DNA of 49,246 nt. Origin: Seison nebaliae. Lineage: Eukaryota. Below, in pieces: positions 35,939-48,828 of this stretch. Where the stretch lies: NCBI GenBank assembly GCA_023231475.1, contig JALJEE010001187.1, positions 1 through 49,246 on the forward strand, in the 5' to 3' direction. Position 1 is the stretch's first letter. Every line of letters begins with the position of its first letter. Position numbers and translations under genes: made by a program. A model generated the notes under the pieces. That model was not told the DNA's origin, ran no database searches, and saw only the letters and a program-made list of their open reading frames with translations.

Positions 35939-36838
35939 TTATCTATTGAAATTTTTCACATCCAAAATGACCGTTGATTGTTGTTGACGAGACTCAGTTC
36001 TTCTTGGCGGTGACATATAAGTTGATTGTGTTTGTAATTGTCGAGCCATTCGTTCGGTGATTTGTCCATATTGTGGATGAATTATAACTTGTTCGTCATT
36101 CGAGAGTTCGTCGATCGAAAGTGAGAATTGTGGAGGTTGAATGGTTGAGATTCGTTTATGGTTTTTGGGCCATCGTTGACTTTTGAAGGAATGGCGAGTC
36201 CAATTCTCTCTGGGATGTTGATAAGATCGAGTACTTTGTCTAATCGGCCCATTATTTGATATGGTTGTAGCGACGGTAGCAGCTGAAGATGTAATATTTT
36301 CTTCTTCCGGATATAATTCGTTGTAATCGGGAGGAAATAAAAGTGATCGAATATCGTCGTATGTTGGTGGGGCTTGTTGTAAAGAGGAAGCGGTTGGACC
36401 ATGAACAGGCGACCAAATAAATAAAGCATTCCAATGTTGATTATCCCAATTATTTGAACGTTCACAATCATTGTTGTTGTTATTGTTATTATTACGGTTT
36501 GATCGTCGATTACTGATGAAACAAGAATTCGGTGCATTCCTTTGACATACGGCGACGGCTTTTGTACATAATCCAACACGAAAACATATACAACCGATGG
36601 ACAAGATGAGAAGAGATGTCAATCCAAAAACACTAATTAAGGCGCTTGCTGTCTCAATTCCTCGTTTGACATCGAGACTTCGATGGAAGAAATCTTGGAA
36701 TAAACTCTCATTCTTCTTTTTAACGAAATTAAATGTCGAGGTATTGTCGGAAGTTGTTGGTGTTGTTGTTGTTGATGGAATTGGTGTACCATCGACCACT
36801 AACCATATCAGAGTTGATATGATGAGAAAATTATTCAT
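35939..36838 (-). CDS. Type I single-pass membrane protein with two PPxY motifs (WBP1/VOPP1/PRR7-like architecture), 299 aa
   Basis: Signal peptide, short S/T-rich ectodomain with N-glycosylation sequons, TM followed by a Cys cluster, cytoplasmic PPTY and PPDY. Confidence 0.8.
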   Translation of the reverse strand: MNNFLIISTLIWLVVDGTPIPSTTTTPTTSDNTSTFNFVKKKNESLFQDFFHRSLDVKRGIETASALISVFGLTSLLILSIGCICFRVGLCTKAVAVCQRNAPNSCFISNRRSNRNNNNNNNNDCERSNNWDNQHWNALFIWSPVHGPTASSLQQAPPTYDDIRSLLFPPDYNELYPEEENITSSAATVATTISNNGPIRQSTRSYQHPRENWTRHSFKSQRWPKNHKRISTIQPPQFSLSIDELSNDEQVIIHPQYGQITERMARQLQTQSTYMSPPRRTESRQQQSTVILDVKNFNR

Positions 36839-37928
36839 TTCTGTATGACGAGAAAATGAAAAGACAATGAAAATATGTTCGTTTAAGTGTAGAAGAGGAA
36901 TGACAACGACGAAGACGTTGGAGGATGATGGAATGGAAGAAATTATTTGTGAGAAATGAAAGAAATTTCGTCGAATTTAAATGAAGCGAAGTAAAGCGAT
37001 TAATTAGTTGAGATGCATCACTAATTGGAAGTGTGGTAATTTGGAAGACATGAATTCGTTTCCAAGATAAATTGTAGGACGAAAACAAATTAATAATCGG
37101 AGAAAAACAGACACAGACAGAATATGATTTCGTTCCGCAATTCCGACATCTATTCCTTTATTTCGATCGGCAATTCATATTATTAATAGATTTATTGATG
37201 AATAACAATTGAATGGAGTAATGGAATCTGATGTAAATGAAATATTGATCGGCTATCTCCATTCATCTATCAACATTTCAAGTAGTTGGACACGTGATAG
37301 TCCAGTAAGAACGATTGAACTTCCGTGAGAGAAGATGTTATGAAAGAACGAATTCATATTCATTTCCGTATCTTCTTCCATAACGATTTCGAGAGATATC
37401 ACGTAAATGCAGACGAATTATGTACTTTTAGCATGTTGCTCAAATTCAACGATTTATTGTTAGAGAAACAAATGTTAAAGTGAAATCGAAGAAGAAGAAG
37501 AAGAAACTTTTGTCTTCCATTAGGAGAAGGAACGAACTAATAAAAGTCAAAGGAAAGACCAATAAATATATTGAACAGTTGGTTCAAAAATTTACTCTAA
37601 ACTCATTCTACTTAGCGAGAGATTTGGGAGAAATGACAAATTAATTCTTTTTCGAAACTCTATTAGGAAAATTGAGAAAACAGTTTCGTATGATCAATGT
37701 CGTCCGATTACATCACACAATCGTGTATTATCCAACTATCTACCGTGTAGATTAAGGGCGAGATAAATTCTTTAATTAGTTGAAAGAGTATCCACTTTTC
37801 AATTGTCTTCCGTCGACTCGATCCAGAGAGATATGGGAGTGGATATTAGATCTAAAAATGTGAAATGGTTTTCCTTTCGACAAATCTTCTTTCTTACTCT
37901 TCTCTCCTCCTCTAAGCACAACCACATT

Positions 37929-37958
37929 CACACACACACATATACACACACACACACA
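37929..37958. repeat. (CA)n microsatellite
   Basis: Directly visible. Confidence 0.85.
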
Positions 37959-40900
37959 GAGACTTAAAATTGCAATTTCCTTGCCTAAGGCGTAAAAGTT
38001 TTATTCTTCTTTAGTGTTTCTCTTATGTTACGTTAATATTTCGATATATCTCAATCCGAAATTTCACCTTATTATTCTTATTCTTATCATACTTCTCCTT
38101 CTTTTAATGCAATATGACGTAAGCTACTAGGAAGTTGATACTTCCTTGAGTTGGAAGGGAATAATGTTACCGAAGGAATTGATGGCGACAATTCTCGAGT
38201 CAATGTAGTAGTAGCGAGACTTTGATTCATATAGTTTTATGGAGAGGAGGAGTTATTAAGAATTCTCATTTCGGTTGATGAGGGCGACGATCAGACTTGT
38301 TGATGAAGTTGGAGATGGATTCTATTTGAAGGAATGATGTTGAAGGCAATTTGAGAATAGATGAGAATAAATATTAAGAGGAATGAACAGGTGATGAATC
38401 ACGATAAAACGAATCTTTGGTCACCAAAGTTTGGTGACCTATTTTCCTTGTGAACTATCACTTGCCAATTATTAAGAGAATAATACAAAAAATTCCATCA
38501 TATCACTTGAGTACTGACGTCTGATCATAATCATCATTATTATTAAGATGCTTATTGATGTCTTCAATTATCATGAAAACAAATGAAGAATGGAAATGGG
38601 AGAATAGAAATGGAGAAATCCTTTTTATGAAGATAAATTTGATGGAAAGAAAAAGCCGAATTTTGTTTAATGATGCGAAGCTATTGTTAGTTTCATGATC
38701 GGCTACTAATTCCGAAAGGAAGAAGAAAAGGAAAGCTTCCCATCAATTACAATCAGAAAATGGAAAACAAATAAACAAGTTCTTCACTTTCACCGTTGTT
38801 TAAAACAACGGTCCATTTCACTTTCATTACCACCAACTCGGAGGAAAGGTGGAAGATTAAAATTCTAATTTCAAATAATTTCAGACTTTTATTCCATTCT
38901 GATTTCCTTTAAACGAAGGTCCCTCATAAAATTCGATGTTTCCCCCAAAACTTGTTTTTACAAAATAAATAAAATGTCTAATTAACCTGTTTAATAAAAT
39001 GAGTTTGGTAAAATCTGTTTACTCGAAATATGTTATTGAGGGAATTGATTCCAAATCGAACATCAAATTAAAGAGAAGATTACGTAAAATGAAAAATATT
39101 TTTCAGTTAAGCTTAACCCAAAACTGTATAATAGTTTCAAGTAGGCGAAGTAGCTCGTAAGATTGTGTGGAGTAGTAGATGGTTGGAGAGTTAAGAACTA
39201 CTTTATTGTTCTTAAGTTGTTGGTAGATAAGAAAATCTTGTCGATTAAGGATTTATCAATTCCTTCTCATTTACTCCTTTATCTATCAATCAATTTGATA
39301 CATATGTACGATTTCGATTGATATTGGTTTAATGTAAATTTCTATATTTATTAATAAGTTCTTTCTTTCACTTTCGCAAGTTATTGACCTCGATTATCTA
39401 TTGGGTCCACTTTAGACATATTGGCGACAAGTTTTCTTCCCATCGATTGATATGGAGAATCAAGAGAACACTTCACAATCCGCCTATTTATCTCTTCATT
39501 ATCGATTGATTTTTCTGTCTGTCCGTGTGTTGGCAATCCTTCTCGATGATAGTTAAGGTTTTCATTCGGAACTCGCTTCCCTTTCTCCCATGGAATGTCG
39601 ACTTTCTACAAATGTGTTTCTTTCCTTCTTTTCATACTTGTGAACTGATAATGGAATGTATCAACAGAAGACAACAATGATAAGTAGAATAAATCCTAAA
39701 TTTATTGCAGATACATATGAATCAGTCAACAATTCACATAATAGAAAGAAATATCATTGAATTGTCATCCCTCTCTCTATGTGTGAGAGTTTCGACTGTT
39801 GTTGTTGTTGTTCTGTTTGCCTAATTCAATATTCGATAGCAATTGTTTGGGAGATAAATGGAAATTCGTATACAAACTCTATATTTCTTCGATATCCAAT
39901 GTCAAATGGACAATGGTCGAGTAATTGTATATTCTAATAATGAATTCACCTTAATATTATATTGACAAATTATCCTCAAGTAAATTTCATGGGAAGATAT
40001 AAACTGATATTGATATATGAACATCCTAATAATCTAACCGGCATGGAGAAAAATTATTATCTACAGGAACGGGACAATTTATTATGATTAGATTCCATAA
40101 TCTTCATAAAATTTCTTCTTTTTAATAATCTGCCTCTCCCTCCCCTCAAGACTATCTCTGGAAGCAGTCTACTTATTTCTGGATTGAGGCCGTACATCTC
40201 TCACAATTTGAAATGTTCGAACATCCTCACGAAACTCATCTGGATAATAAGTATACCGATCTACTATAATACATCAATGACGATCTCGATTTGCTTCTCT
40301 TAAGCTTTTGATAACCATCTTTAGATGACTTAATTCTGTTTCTCCATTCGTTGAAGATGAAACAAAAAACTTAAGAAGATTACTCGTTTTAAGGAAGGTG
40401 GCTCGATTGACTTCATTTCTTTTTAGGTCTCATTTGCCACTAACAATAATTAGACACATGAATCATTCTCCGATCCATTAACATTTGACGAAGAAAGGAA
40501 AGTTTAATGGGAAAAACACCTCGACTTATCATGATATTACGACATATGAAAGAAAGGAATTGTGTATTTCTCCAAATGAGAGAACATTTGGAGAAGAAAA
40601 TAATTTACTAACTTTTCATATCATGTGACAATCGTGTGAAACGGAAAATAGATAAACTAGTCAGCTATCTTTAGCATGACTGGAGAGGATGGAAAGCATA
40701 AATCAGCTGGACGTTTGTCATCTCAGAAGGAAATGGAGGAATAATGTTTATGAATACTGATAAGGGAAGTTTTGGAATGAGGCGAATAATAAAGGACGAA
40801 TAATCTAGATCGAAGTGAAGTGAATGGGTGAATGAATGATAAAATATAAATAGAATACAGTCTCATCGAAAATGGAACTTGGTCACTCAGTTCGAGTGTA

Positions 40901-43843
40901 CATCCTTCGTGCCCCGAATTAAGAGAATGGTCAACTCTATTAATATGTCAATCAAAGTTTTATTTAAATAATTCTCCTATTACTACGGGGACCATAATCG
41001 AAGAGCAGTTTTAGAAGGATTTAGATGTGCAAGAGAGGAGGGGGAGAAGGATAATTATTCATCAGAATGCTAAAGAAATAATAATAATTATCGTTTGCCA
41101 ACTTGATGAACATGCACAAAGATAACGGAAAGGAAAACTTTCGTATGCAGATGAGCATATGGTCAACTAATCCTCCAATTCTATATCTCTCCCCGAATTC
41201 AATTATTGGCAGTTCATTGATAGGAACTTGGCGGTTTCAAGTTTTTTGGATGATATTATTACTATCTATATCCCGCACAATACACACATATATTATCGTC
41301 GGCATCCGATACAATCTGACAGAGATTGTTCCCTCGAAGAATTTCATTCATCTCACTCCATCATTGCACTTCCAATATTTGCATGCGAATCATTAAGAAA
41401 ATAATAAGTAAACATCTAACATTGCCAATAAATATCGATTCAAACAATTGACGATGAGGATGATGATGATATTGTTAGATAGAAATCTTCATCTTCTTCA
41501 AATAGTCATAGTTATCGAGAATGAAAGGAGCATTATCCGAACCAAATCCTAAAATTTCGAGGTGGTATCGTATTAATCGAAAATAATAACACATCAAATG
41601 AGATACATTAGACAATCTTATTATTCTTATATTTCATCATCTTCTCCAACCGACATATCGATTGCAATTACACACTCTCTCATATATTCTGTCGTCGTCA
41701 CCACCACCATCACCACTACCATCGGAGAGATACGGACGATTGAATAAAAATAATTTGTCGCCGATCGCCACACAACCATCGTCACACAGAGATTGGAGTT
41801 GAATACGATGAAATGATTACAATTACATTAGAGTGAGATGGAGAATATTTGGATGAGAAAGAACAGGAAAATTTACAGATATATTCGACAAAAATTTCCC
41901 TCCCGAGCAACATAATAATTTGTGTCATATTTTCATTTGAATGTTTCCGTCACTTTAACCGAATGATTAAGGAAAGACATTCTCCTTTCAAGTAGCCTAT
42001 TAGTAGAATGTTGAAATTATTATTAGTTCTCTCATCATGAATTTGATCCAAACGATTCACATGAGAACGAAGAGACTTAATAGAATATTCAATTTGGAAT
42101 TGCGGTAAGTCGACGACAATCGTCGATTCGTGCACATAATTCATAAGAGTGGCAATGTGTCTAATCGTAGGAGAAATAGGAAATATTCTTGCCAATACTC
42201 GTAGAATCTGATAATGGGAAATACCATCAGTTCATATATCAATGACATTGAATCGACACTGACATTAGAAGCGGAAATGAGATGACAGTAAATCTCTTGG
42301 CACATGACATACTAATGCATCATATCTCTCCATATATTCCCTTCGATATGTTACATTCACTCGTCAACATCTGATGGTGAGTACACATTGGAAGAATGTT
42401 TCTCTCTAATTGCTTTTCATATAGAAACATGAAGAAAAGAATTTTCTTTTCAAAAGAAATTAGGTTACACCAAATAAATATTATTTTTTAAATAAAAGAA
42501 AGAAAATAAATTGACGAGTATCATTATAATTGAGCGCATCATTGTCAATTTGGAGCAGATTAATTTAAGTGGAAAAAGAATTAAGAAGACGACATCGACG
42601 ACGACGATAACCAGAAAGCAAGATGATGTAATCGATTTATTGATGAGAAGAAGAGAAAGAAAAGAATTGATGAGGAAAATAAAAGTTTCCACCTTCCTCA
42701 ATTAGTCGTGTGAGTGGGACACTTGTGTAAATGAAGACACGAGAGAGACACAGAACTGGTAATAGGAGTCGAATGATGGATTTGTTCCGATTAATTAATT
42801 CTGTCAATATGAAACATCATCAATACACTCACATCCTCCCAATTTATTAGCATCTGTTAATGTGTTCTCATCCCGAAAAGATAATCTCCCAAATTAATTT
42901 ATTAGCAGTCCACTCACAACTTCACTGGATGAAGAGGAAGAGAATTGATATGATTAAATTACTTTTATAATGATAGTGATGATGATCGAAAATAATGTTT
43001 CTTCAAGACGATAACACAACTTTCCATTATCAATAAAAATTAATTAATAAAATTATATTCCAACTTATAATTTCGAAGTCAATTTCAAATGAATTCCAAT
43101 TGGTAATTATTCCGATGGAAATTATTCTCTGTCATTGTGAAATGAATAAAACTGATAAAATAATGAACGATCGAGACACGATATCATTGACACTAACATC
43201 TTTCTATAATATGCATCTGTTCGTCATGTGACTGAAATAATTTGAGACTATGATCCATCGTCTACTCAGATGATGCTCTCTAGAGAAATACAGACTCCAA
43301 CATCACATAACATTGTGGATGAAGAAAGTAGAATGAAGGTCGAAGTAAAATATCATCAATTTCCAATAAATTATTTTCACTTTTCTTCTCCTCCTTCTCT
43401 CACCTTTTCCATCCATCATCATTTCAGAAAAGAGAATTTCATTTTATTCAAAACTATTTTACAGCATATCTCAAAATCAATCAATAATATCTAATAATTT
43501 TCTTTTCATAAATTTATGGAAAAGAACAAAAAACTTTTCTTATTATTCTATTCAATTTCCCTTCAAACTTTTTTTTCGATCGATATTGAGCATTAGATTC
43601 AGAAAACCGAAATTAAAGAAAATATTATGGAATAATTATTTTATTAAAAGAGAAATAAAAAAATGTTTATGAAACGTTCTTGAGTGAGGACATTCCAAAA
43701 TAATATCGTTAAAATTAGAAAAAAATACTTGAATGCTTTTGATGCGAAAAACAAAGTGGATTGGAAACAAGTCGAGTAGAATAAATGAAAAAAATACGGT
43801 TTTTCAAAATTTTTAAATCAAAATTATTTACAAAATTTCGAGG

Positions 43844-46768
43844 TTATAATTTGTGTGGTAAATTGTGGAATTGAGGATTGGGTGAAGTGCTGTCTCTCTC
43901 TACTGTCGTAGCGTCTTCCGTATCTTCTTCCAAATCGATTATTTTTGGCTTCTCATCTGATAAAGTCTGTGGAAAAAATTTTAAATTAATTATTTCAGAA
44001 AAATGATAATTTAAGTTCAATATTTATGAAGTGATAAAATGGACATATGTTCGACGTATAATTGGATGGAAATTGAATGATATAAAATTAGTGATAAAGT
44101 TCAGACGAGTAACAATGTTAAAACTTTCATAAGAAATGTTAACATGTCAAATGTTTGAAAGAAAAGAAATTTAATTTTTTTTTAGTCTTTCAACTACTTC
44201 GACTAGATTTTTGAGAAATATCTTCTAATTTAAATGGTTAGAATTAAACGAGTATAAAATTCAATTTCCGATTTTATTAATTAGCATGATAATTTCGAAT
44301 ATTAACTTTATAATCGTCAGAATCTGAATCAGTTCCTTCCTCATTCAACGTTGAGCCAATTTTAAGATTGTTTAATGTTTCGGTGGATGAATCGATGTCA
44401 TTTTTAAAGAGTTCGCCATCTTTATTCGTTTCGCCCAACTGTTGCGATGAGAGATGAAAATAAAAATATTTTCAATTTTAAATCAAACCGTATGAAGATG
44501 GAGAGCAGTAATACTCATGATCATTTGTGCTCGATCTTCACTCTTCTTTGGTATACGATAAGCTTCATTCATCATTGATGATGCGAAACTATTATTGATG
44601 GATTCGCTAAAGAAGAAAATGAATTTGAATAAATGAAATAAATCGAACTTGACCAATGTTGAGTCAGATGTAGTGTGATCAATGTTGAAAGTATCATTTC
44701 GTATAATGGCACCAGATAACGCATATTTCTTCGAATCCGCTAATCGAGTATCATAATATTGAGAAGCCATTAATTTTTTGTAAACGGTATTATTCTTGGA
44801 ATCGGATGGTGGACGAGAAGTGATCATCGAATTATCCATTGTCATCGGATCGATATTTGACATTTCCATTCCTATCGTTTTATTTTGTGAATCTTTCACA
44901 CGTTGAATGAATTGTTCATCTGACGGATGGTTACATTTCCATGAAGGATTCATATAATGGAAATTCATGAGAGACAATTCTAATTTACCATCCATCATTC
45001 CTGGATGACGATCATCTTGAAGAAATGGATCGTTCGATTTGAAAACGGCATTCGCTGAATATTTGGCAGTGTTGAATAAACCTAGATCGCAAATATCGCC
45101 GATATCTTTCGTCTCTTTCGTATAATAAGAGAAGAATGAGAGCATTTCATTTGATTTGGGTCGAACATAATAATATAATGCCAATGGTGTCATGATGGGT
45201 GAAAGTAATTCTTCTAATAACCAAACGAAAGTATATTGGAACATATCGGCCAATTCATTACGAGTAGTTGATGATTTGGGATTTTGTCTCCATTCGTTCG
45301 GCATATAATGAATTTGACTCAATAAAATTTTCATTTGTTCTTCCGGACAAAAGACCACCCAATCTTTTGGAATCATCGCTCGACAGAAATTCGAGATTAC
45401 TAAACACGACGCCACTATTTGGAGAAGATGATGAACTTTCAATACATCTTCGTCAATGTAAGCGAGGAAGAGAATGGAGACGAGTACCGCTCCAGAAATA
45501 TAAGAAATGAAATTGCAAATTATCGTTAATAATGGAACAGGAAATGAATCGAGATATTGTGTAGCTGGTCGATACGCTTTCCTCAATCTCAATTCTAACT
45601 CATGATCCAATTCGTTCAAATGTCTCAAATAATATTTACCATAATAACTCCAGCGACGTAATCCCAAAACCGTCGGATCTGATTTTAACATTTCCGAATA
45701 TTTGAAGAGAATATTCAACATTCGCCATAATAAGATCACTGGCGATAAGAGGAAATTTATAAGACATAAAAATAAAATGGTTTGGGATAATCTTCTCTCT
45801 TCCTCCACTTGCACTTTCTTATATTTCTGTTTCAATCGACAATTCGTATCGAAAAATGAGAATCTCGCCCCATGTATCAAATATCTGATATTTGTCAATA
45901 ATCCCGACGGTAAATAAACGATATCTCGTCCCCAAATTGGTATGTAGAATTTGAAGTCGAGAACTTTCCTATTCATCATTGCCACCAGATAATTGTCATA
46001 ACGTAAAATGATGTTATTTATATCTAGAATACTCAATTCCGTTTGGAAACCGATTTTATTATATTTCTGACGTTCCACTAATTTCTCCACGATATTCTGC
46101 CATGCCATTTCCGAGAAATCAGACTAAAAAAAATTTTCTTTCTTAATTATTAAATTAATATGAAAAAATTAACTTCATTAATTTGAAGAATTTTCTTATA
46201 AAAATTTCCTACTTCTCGATAATCGATTAATCGACGTATTGCATGATACGCTTCCCACAAGAAATAGATAATAATAACAAGAATTACCAAAACGGTGAAT
46301 GTGTCAAATCTTGAAAAAATATAATTAAAAGTACAAATGAGAAATGAGGAACCGTTTTGCACATTCTTCTTTTGAATAGAACACGTCAGAAATTGATAAT
46401 TTCCTATGAATCGTCGAATTGTTTCCTGGTCGTTCGTCGAACAACAATGGATAATTCACACATTTCACCAACACAATAATTAGTACAGTAACGAAAACGA
46501 ATTGCCTATGACGAATTGGAGAATTGAGATGGTTAAAAGGAGGAAATGTTAACAATAATTTCAAAAGTGATTTAAGAACGGAACAAACGAATCCACTTTG
46601 ATGGAAATATTCATAAAGTCGAATAATAAACTCGTATTTTTCTAAGAAGAATTACATTCGAATTCGAATTAATAAAATATTTTAACTTCCTTCATTCGGT
46701 TGCATGATATAAGGAACTGGTGGTTGCATTGGATCCAAATCTCTCAATTCTTCATATTGATAACTCAT
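43844..46768 (-). CDS. ATG9: Autophagy protein ATG9, predicted exons 46768-46687, 46641-46554, 46505-46353, 46309-46174, 46123-44649, 44606-44489, 44438-44307, 43966-43844; ~768 aa
   Basis: ILRYDNYLVAMMN, LRHLNELDHEL, HYMPNEW, LEELLSPIMTP, IGDIC, GKLELSLMNF; N-terminal exons give YEYFHQSGFVC...QFVFV. The last exons are less certain. Confidence 0.93.
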
Positions 46769-47144
46769 TCTCCTCAATAAAATTTATGTAAAATACACTC
46801 CTGTTTTTCTGATTTACATTAAAATATTTTATACAAATATATGTTTGTATATGAATTAATAGAAAAGAGATGTTAGTCAAACACTTCCTCTCCATCATCA
46901 AATGGGAATAAGAAAGAATTTCTTTTCGAATTTTAAGCAAAAAAAATGTTGGGAAAATATTTCTAAATTCTCTGCGAAATTATTTCGCTCATCTTCCCAT
47001 CAATCACACAATCCTCTAGTTACGTATTCTGATAAGGAAATACGATTTACCTTTTTTTACAGTTAATTTATTTCTTCTTCTAAAAAATATTTTTTCTTTT
47101 CTCAAAAATTTAAAAAATATTTTCTTCATCACTTCGGGTGTGGC

Positions 47145-47956
47145 TCATTTTGTTGATCGGGGAGTAGTCCAATTCTCATTCTCATTCTCTTGACTGAGCG
47201 TTCGATAGAGAAATTTATTTCGAGTCTCCATTGAAATCGGAGCTCTCTTCAACAATTCTTCGACGGCTGTTGTTGAATTGAGTTTATCTACATAAATCGG
47301 TTGAAGTCTAAAATTTAATTTAATTTTAATATTTCTTTTTCTGATGGGAAAAAAGTGAACTGTTCAGTTGATCGAATTTTTCGCTCCGTTGCAGGACTAA
47401 ATTTAATTTAATTTCAAAGTTAAAATAAAAGAGAATAAAGAAAACGCTTTATTTTCTATCGCTCGTTCGACAATCGTCGCTAATTGATTTCCGAGAATCT
47501 CCGATAAATTCTCTTTGTTCGATAATTTACTTTCCTTTTTATTCTTATTCTTCAACACAACTTCATTCTTCTCGTCGTTTTCGGATGACGTTTGTGTCGT
47601 AGAGAAAACGTCGTTCCATGCTCTCAATTTCGGTCCGTTCAAAGCTCTCGCTGGGAGATAATTCGATTTCTCTTCCGCTAATAACCAGAAATGAGAGGAA
47701 TTGAATTAATTTTGATTTTAGGAAAACCTGTACCAGTACAAAGGATTTCTTTTATATTTTTCAATGTTTCATTGAATGCTTCTAAATAAAGCCTCTTGGT
47801 TGATCGAAATCTCTCTTCGCTCAATCGATTATTAATACTCTGCTGCAAACTGAGCTGTTGCTCCAGTGTATTACGTTGTTTAATGAGAGTTGTATAGCGT
47901 TCCGAATAATAGTCAGTCATTTTTTCACTACAAATCGATTTTTCATTTCGACTCAT
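47145..47956 (-). CDS. Unknown protein with N-terminal coiled-coil, 4 exons: 47956-47728, 47677-47446, 47396-47361, 47307-47145; 219 aa
   Basis: Three AT-rich 49-53 nt GTT..TAG introns with compatible phases give a continuous ATG-to-TGA frame; no family recognised. Confidence 0.7.
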
Positions 47957-48437
47957 TTTTTCAAAAAATTCTAAACGGATGACGAGTAATTTATATAAAC
48001 AACTTAAATGAAAATGAACGTTCCAACTCAATTTGTATAAAGAGAGAGAAGACGATGACCGAAAGTGAAAACAATTCTAATCTATAGAGAGTTTCAAGAC
48101 ATTTAATAAAAATTATTTTTCTATTCTCTTCCATTTTATTTCCCACGTAGAGAATAAATTACTTGAAAGAATCAGATTGTGTGGAATGACTATAGATTAT
48201 TTACAATTATAACTTTACTAAAAAATAAAAAAAAAATTAAAATAAATAGATATTTATTTATTGATGTTCAAGACGGATTTCTTGACGGAAGAATAGAAAA
48301 TAAATATGTGGTTTCCCGAATAATAGTAGAAGTGCTTTTTTCCATTTATCTCTTCCTATTTATAATCCTCCTCTGTACAAACCCTCTGTTTTTATCTCGT
48401 TTTTCACAGGTTTCCTACATCACTCCCCTCCGAATAT

Positions 48438-48828
48438 CAGAAAACTATATTTTTTTTTGCACTTTTTGTGCAAATATTTAAGCGTTCAGCAGGGTGCCTA
48501 ATTCTGAGTCGATTTTTATGAAGTGGATCTCAAATTAATCGTCTATTATTTCTTAACTTATGTTTAAGATTTCATGTCAATAACGTCGATATTCTTCTTT
48601 TTATAGATAAAAGTATAAGAAACATTAATTTTCAATTTCGAGAAGATCAATAATTTAAAAATGCGAGCAAAAATGCAATTCGCGGCTATCATTCGGACAA
48701 GACGATACGTATAAGATTAATAGACGATCAATTTGAGATCCACTTCATAAAAATCGACTCAGAATTAGGCACCCTGCTGAACGCTTAAATATTTGCACAA
48801 AAAGTGCAAAAAAAAATATAGTTTTCTG
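48438..48828. repeat. 111-bp near-perfect inverted repeat (48438-48548 / 48718-48828, one mismatch) with 169-bp spacer; probably a MITE or part of a non-autonomous DNA transposon
   Basis: Arms compared base by base: 110/111 complementary; no clear target-site duplication. Confidence 0.85.

Noticed and set aside
38414..38480. miR-9-like seed TCTTTGGT
   Set aside because: The rest does not match miR-9 and there is no pre-miRNA-length hairpin
41103..43494. Short ORFs in the gene-free region
   Set aside because: No motifs, and I could not join them into a spliced frame
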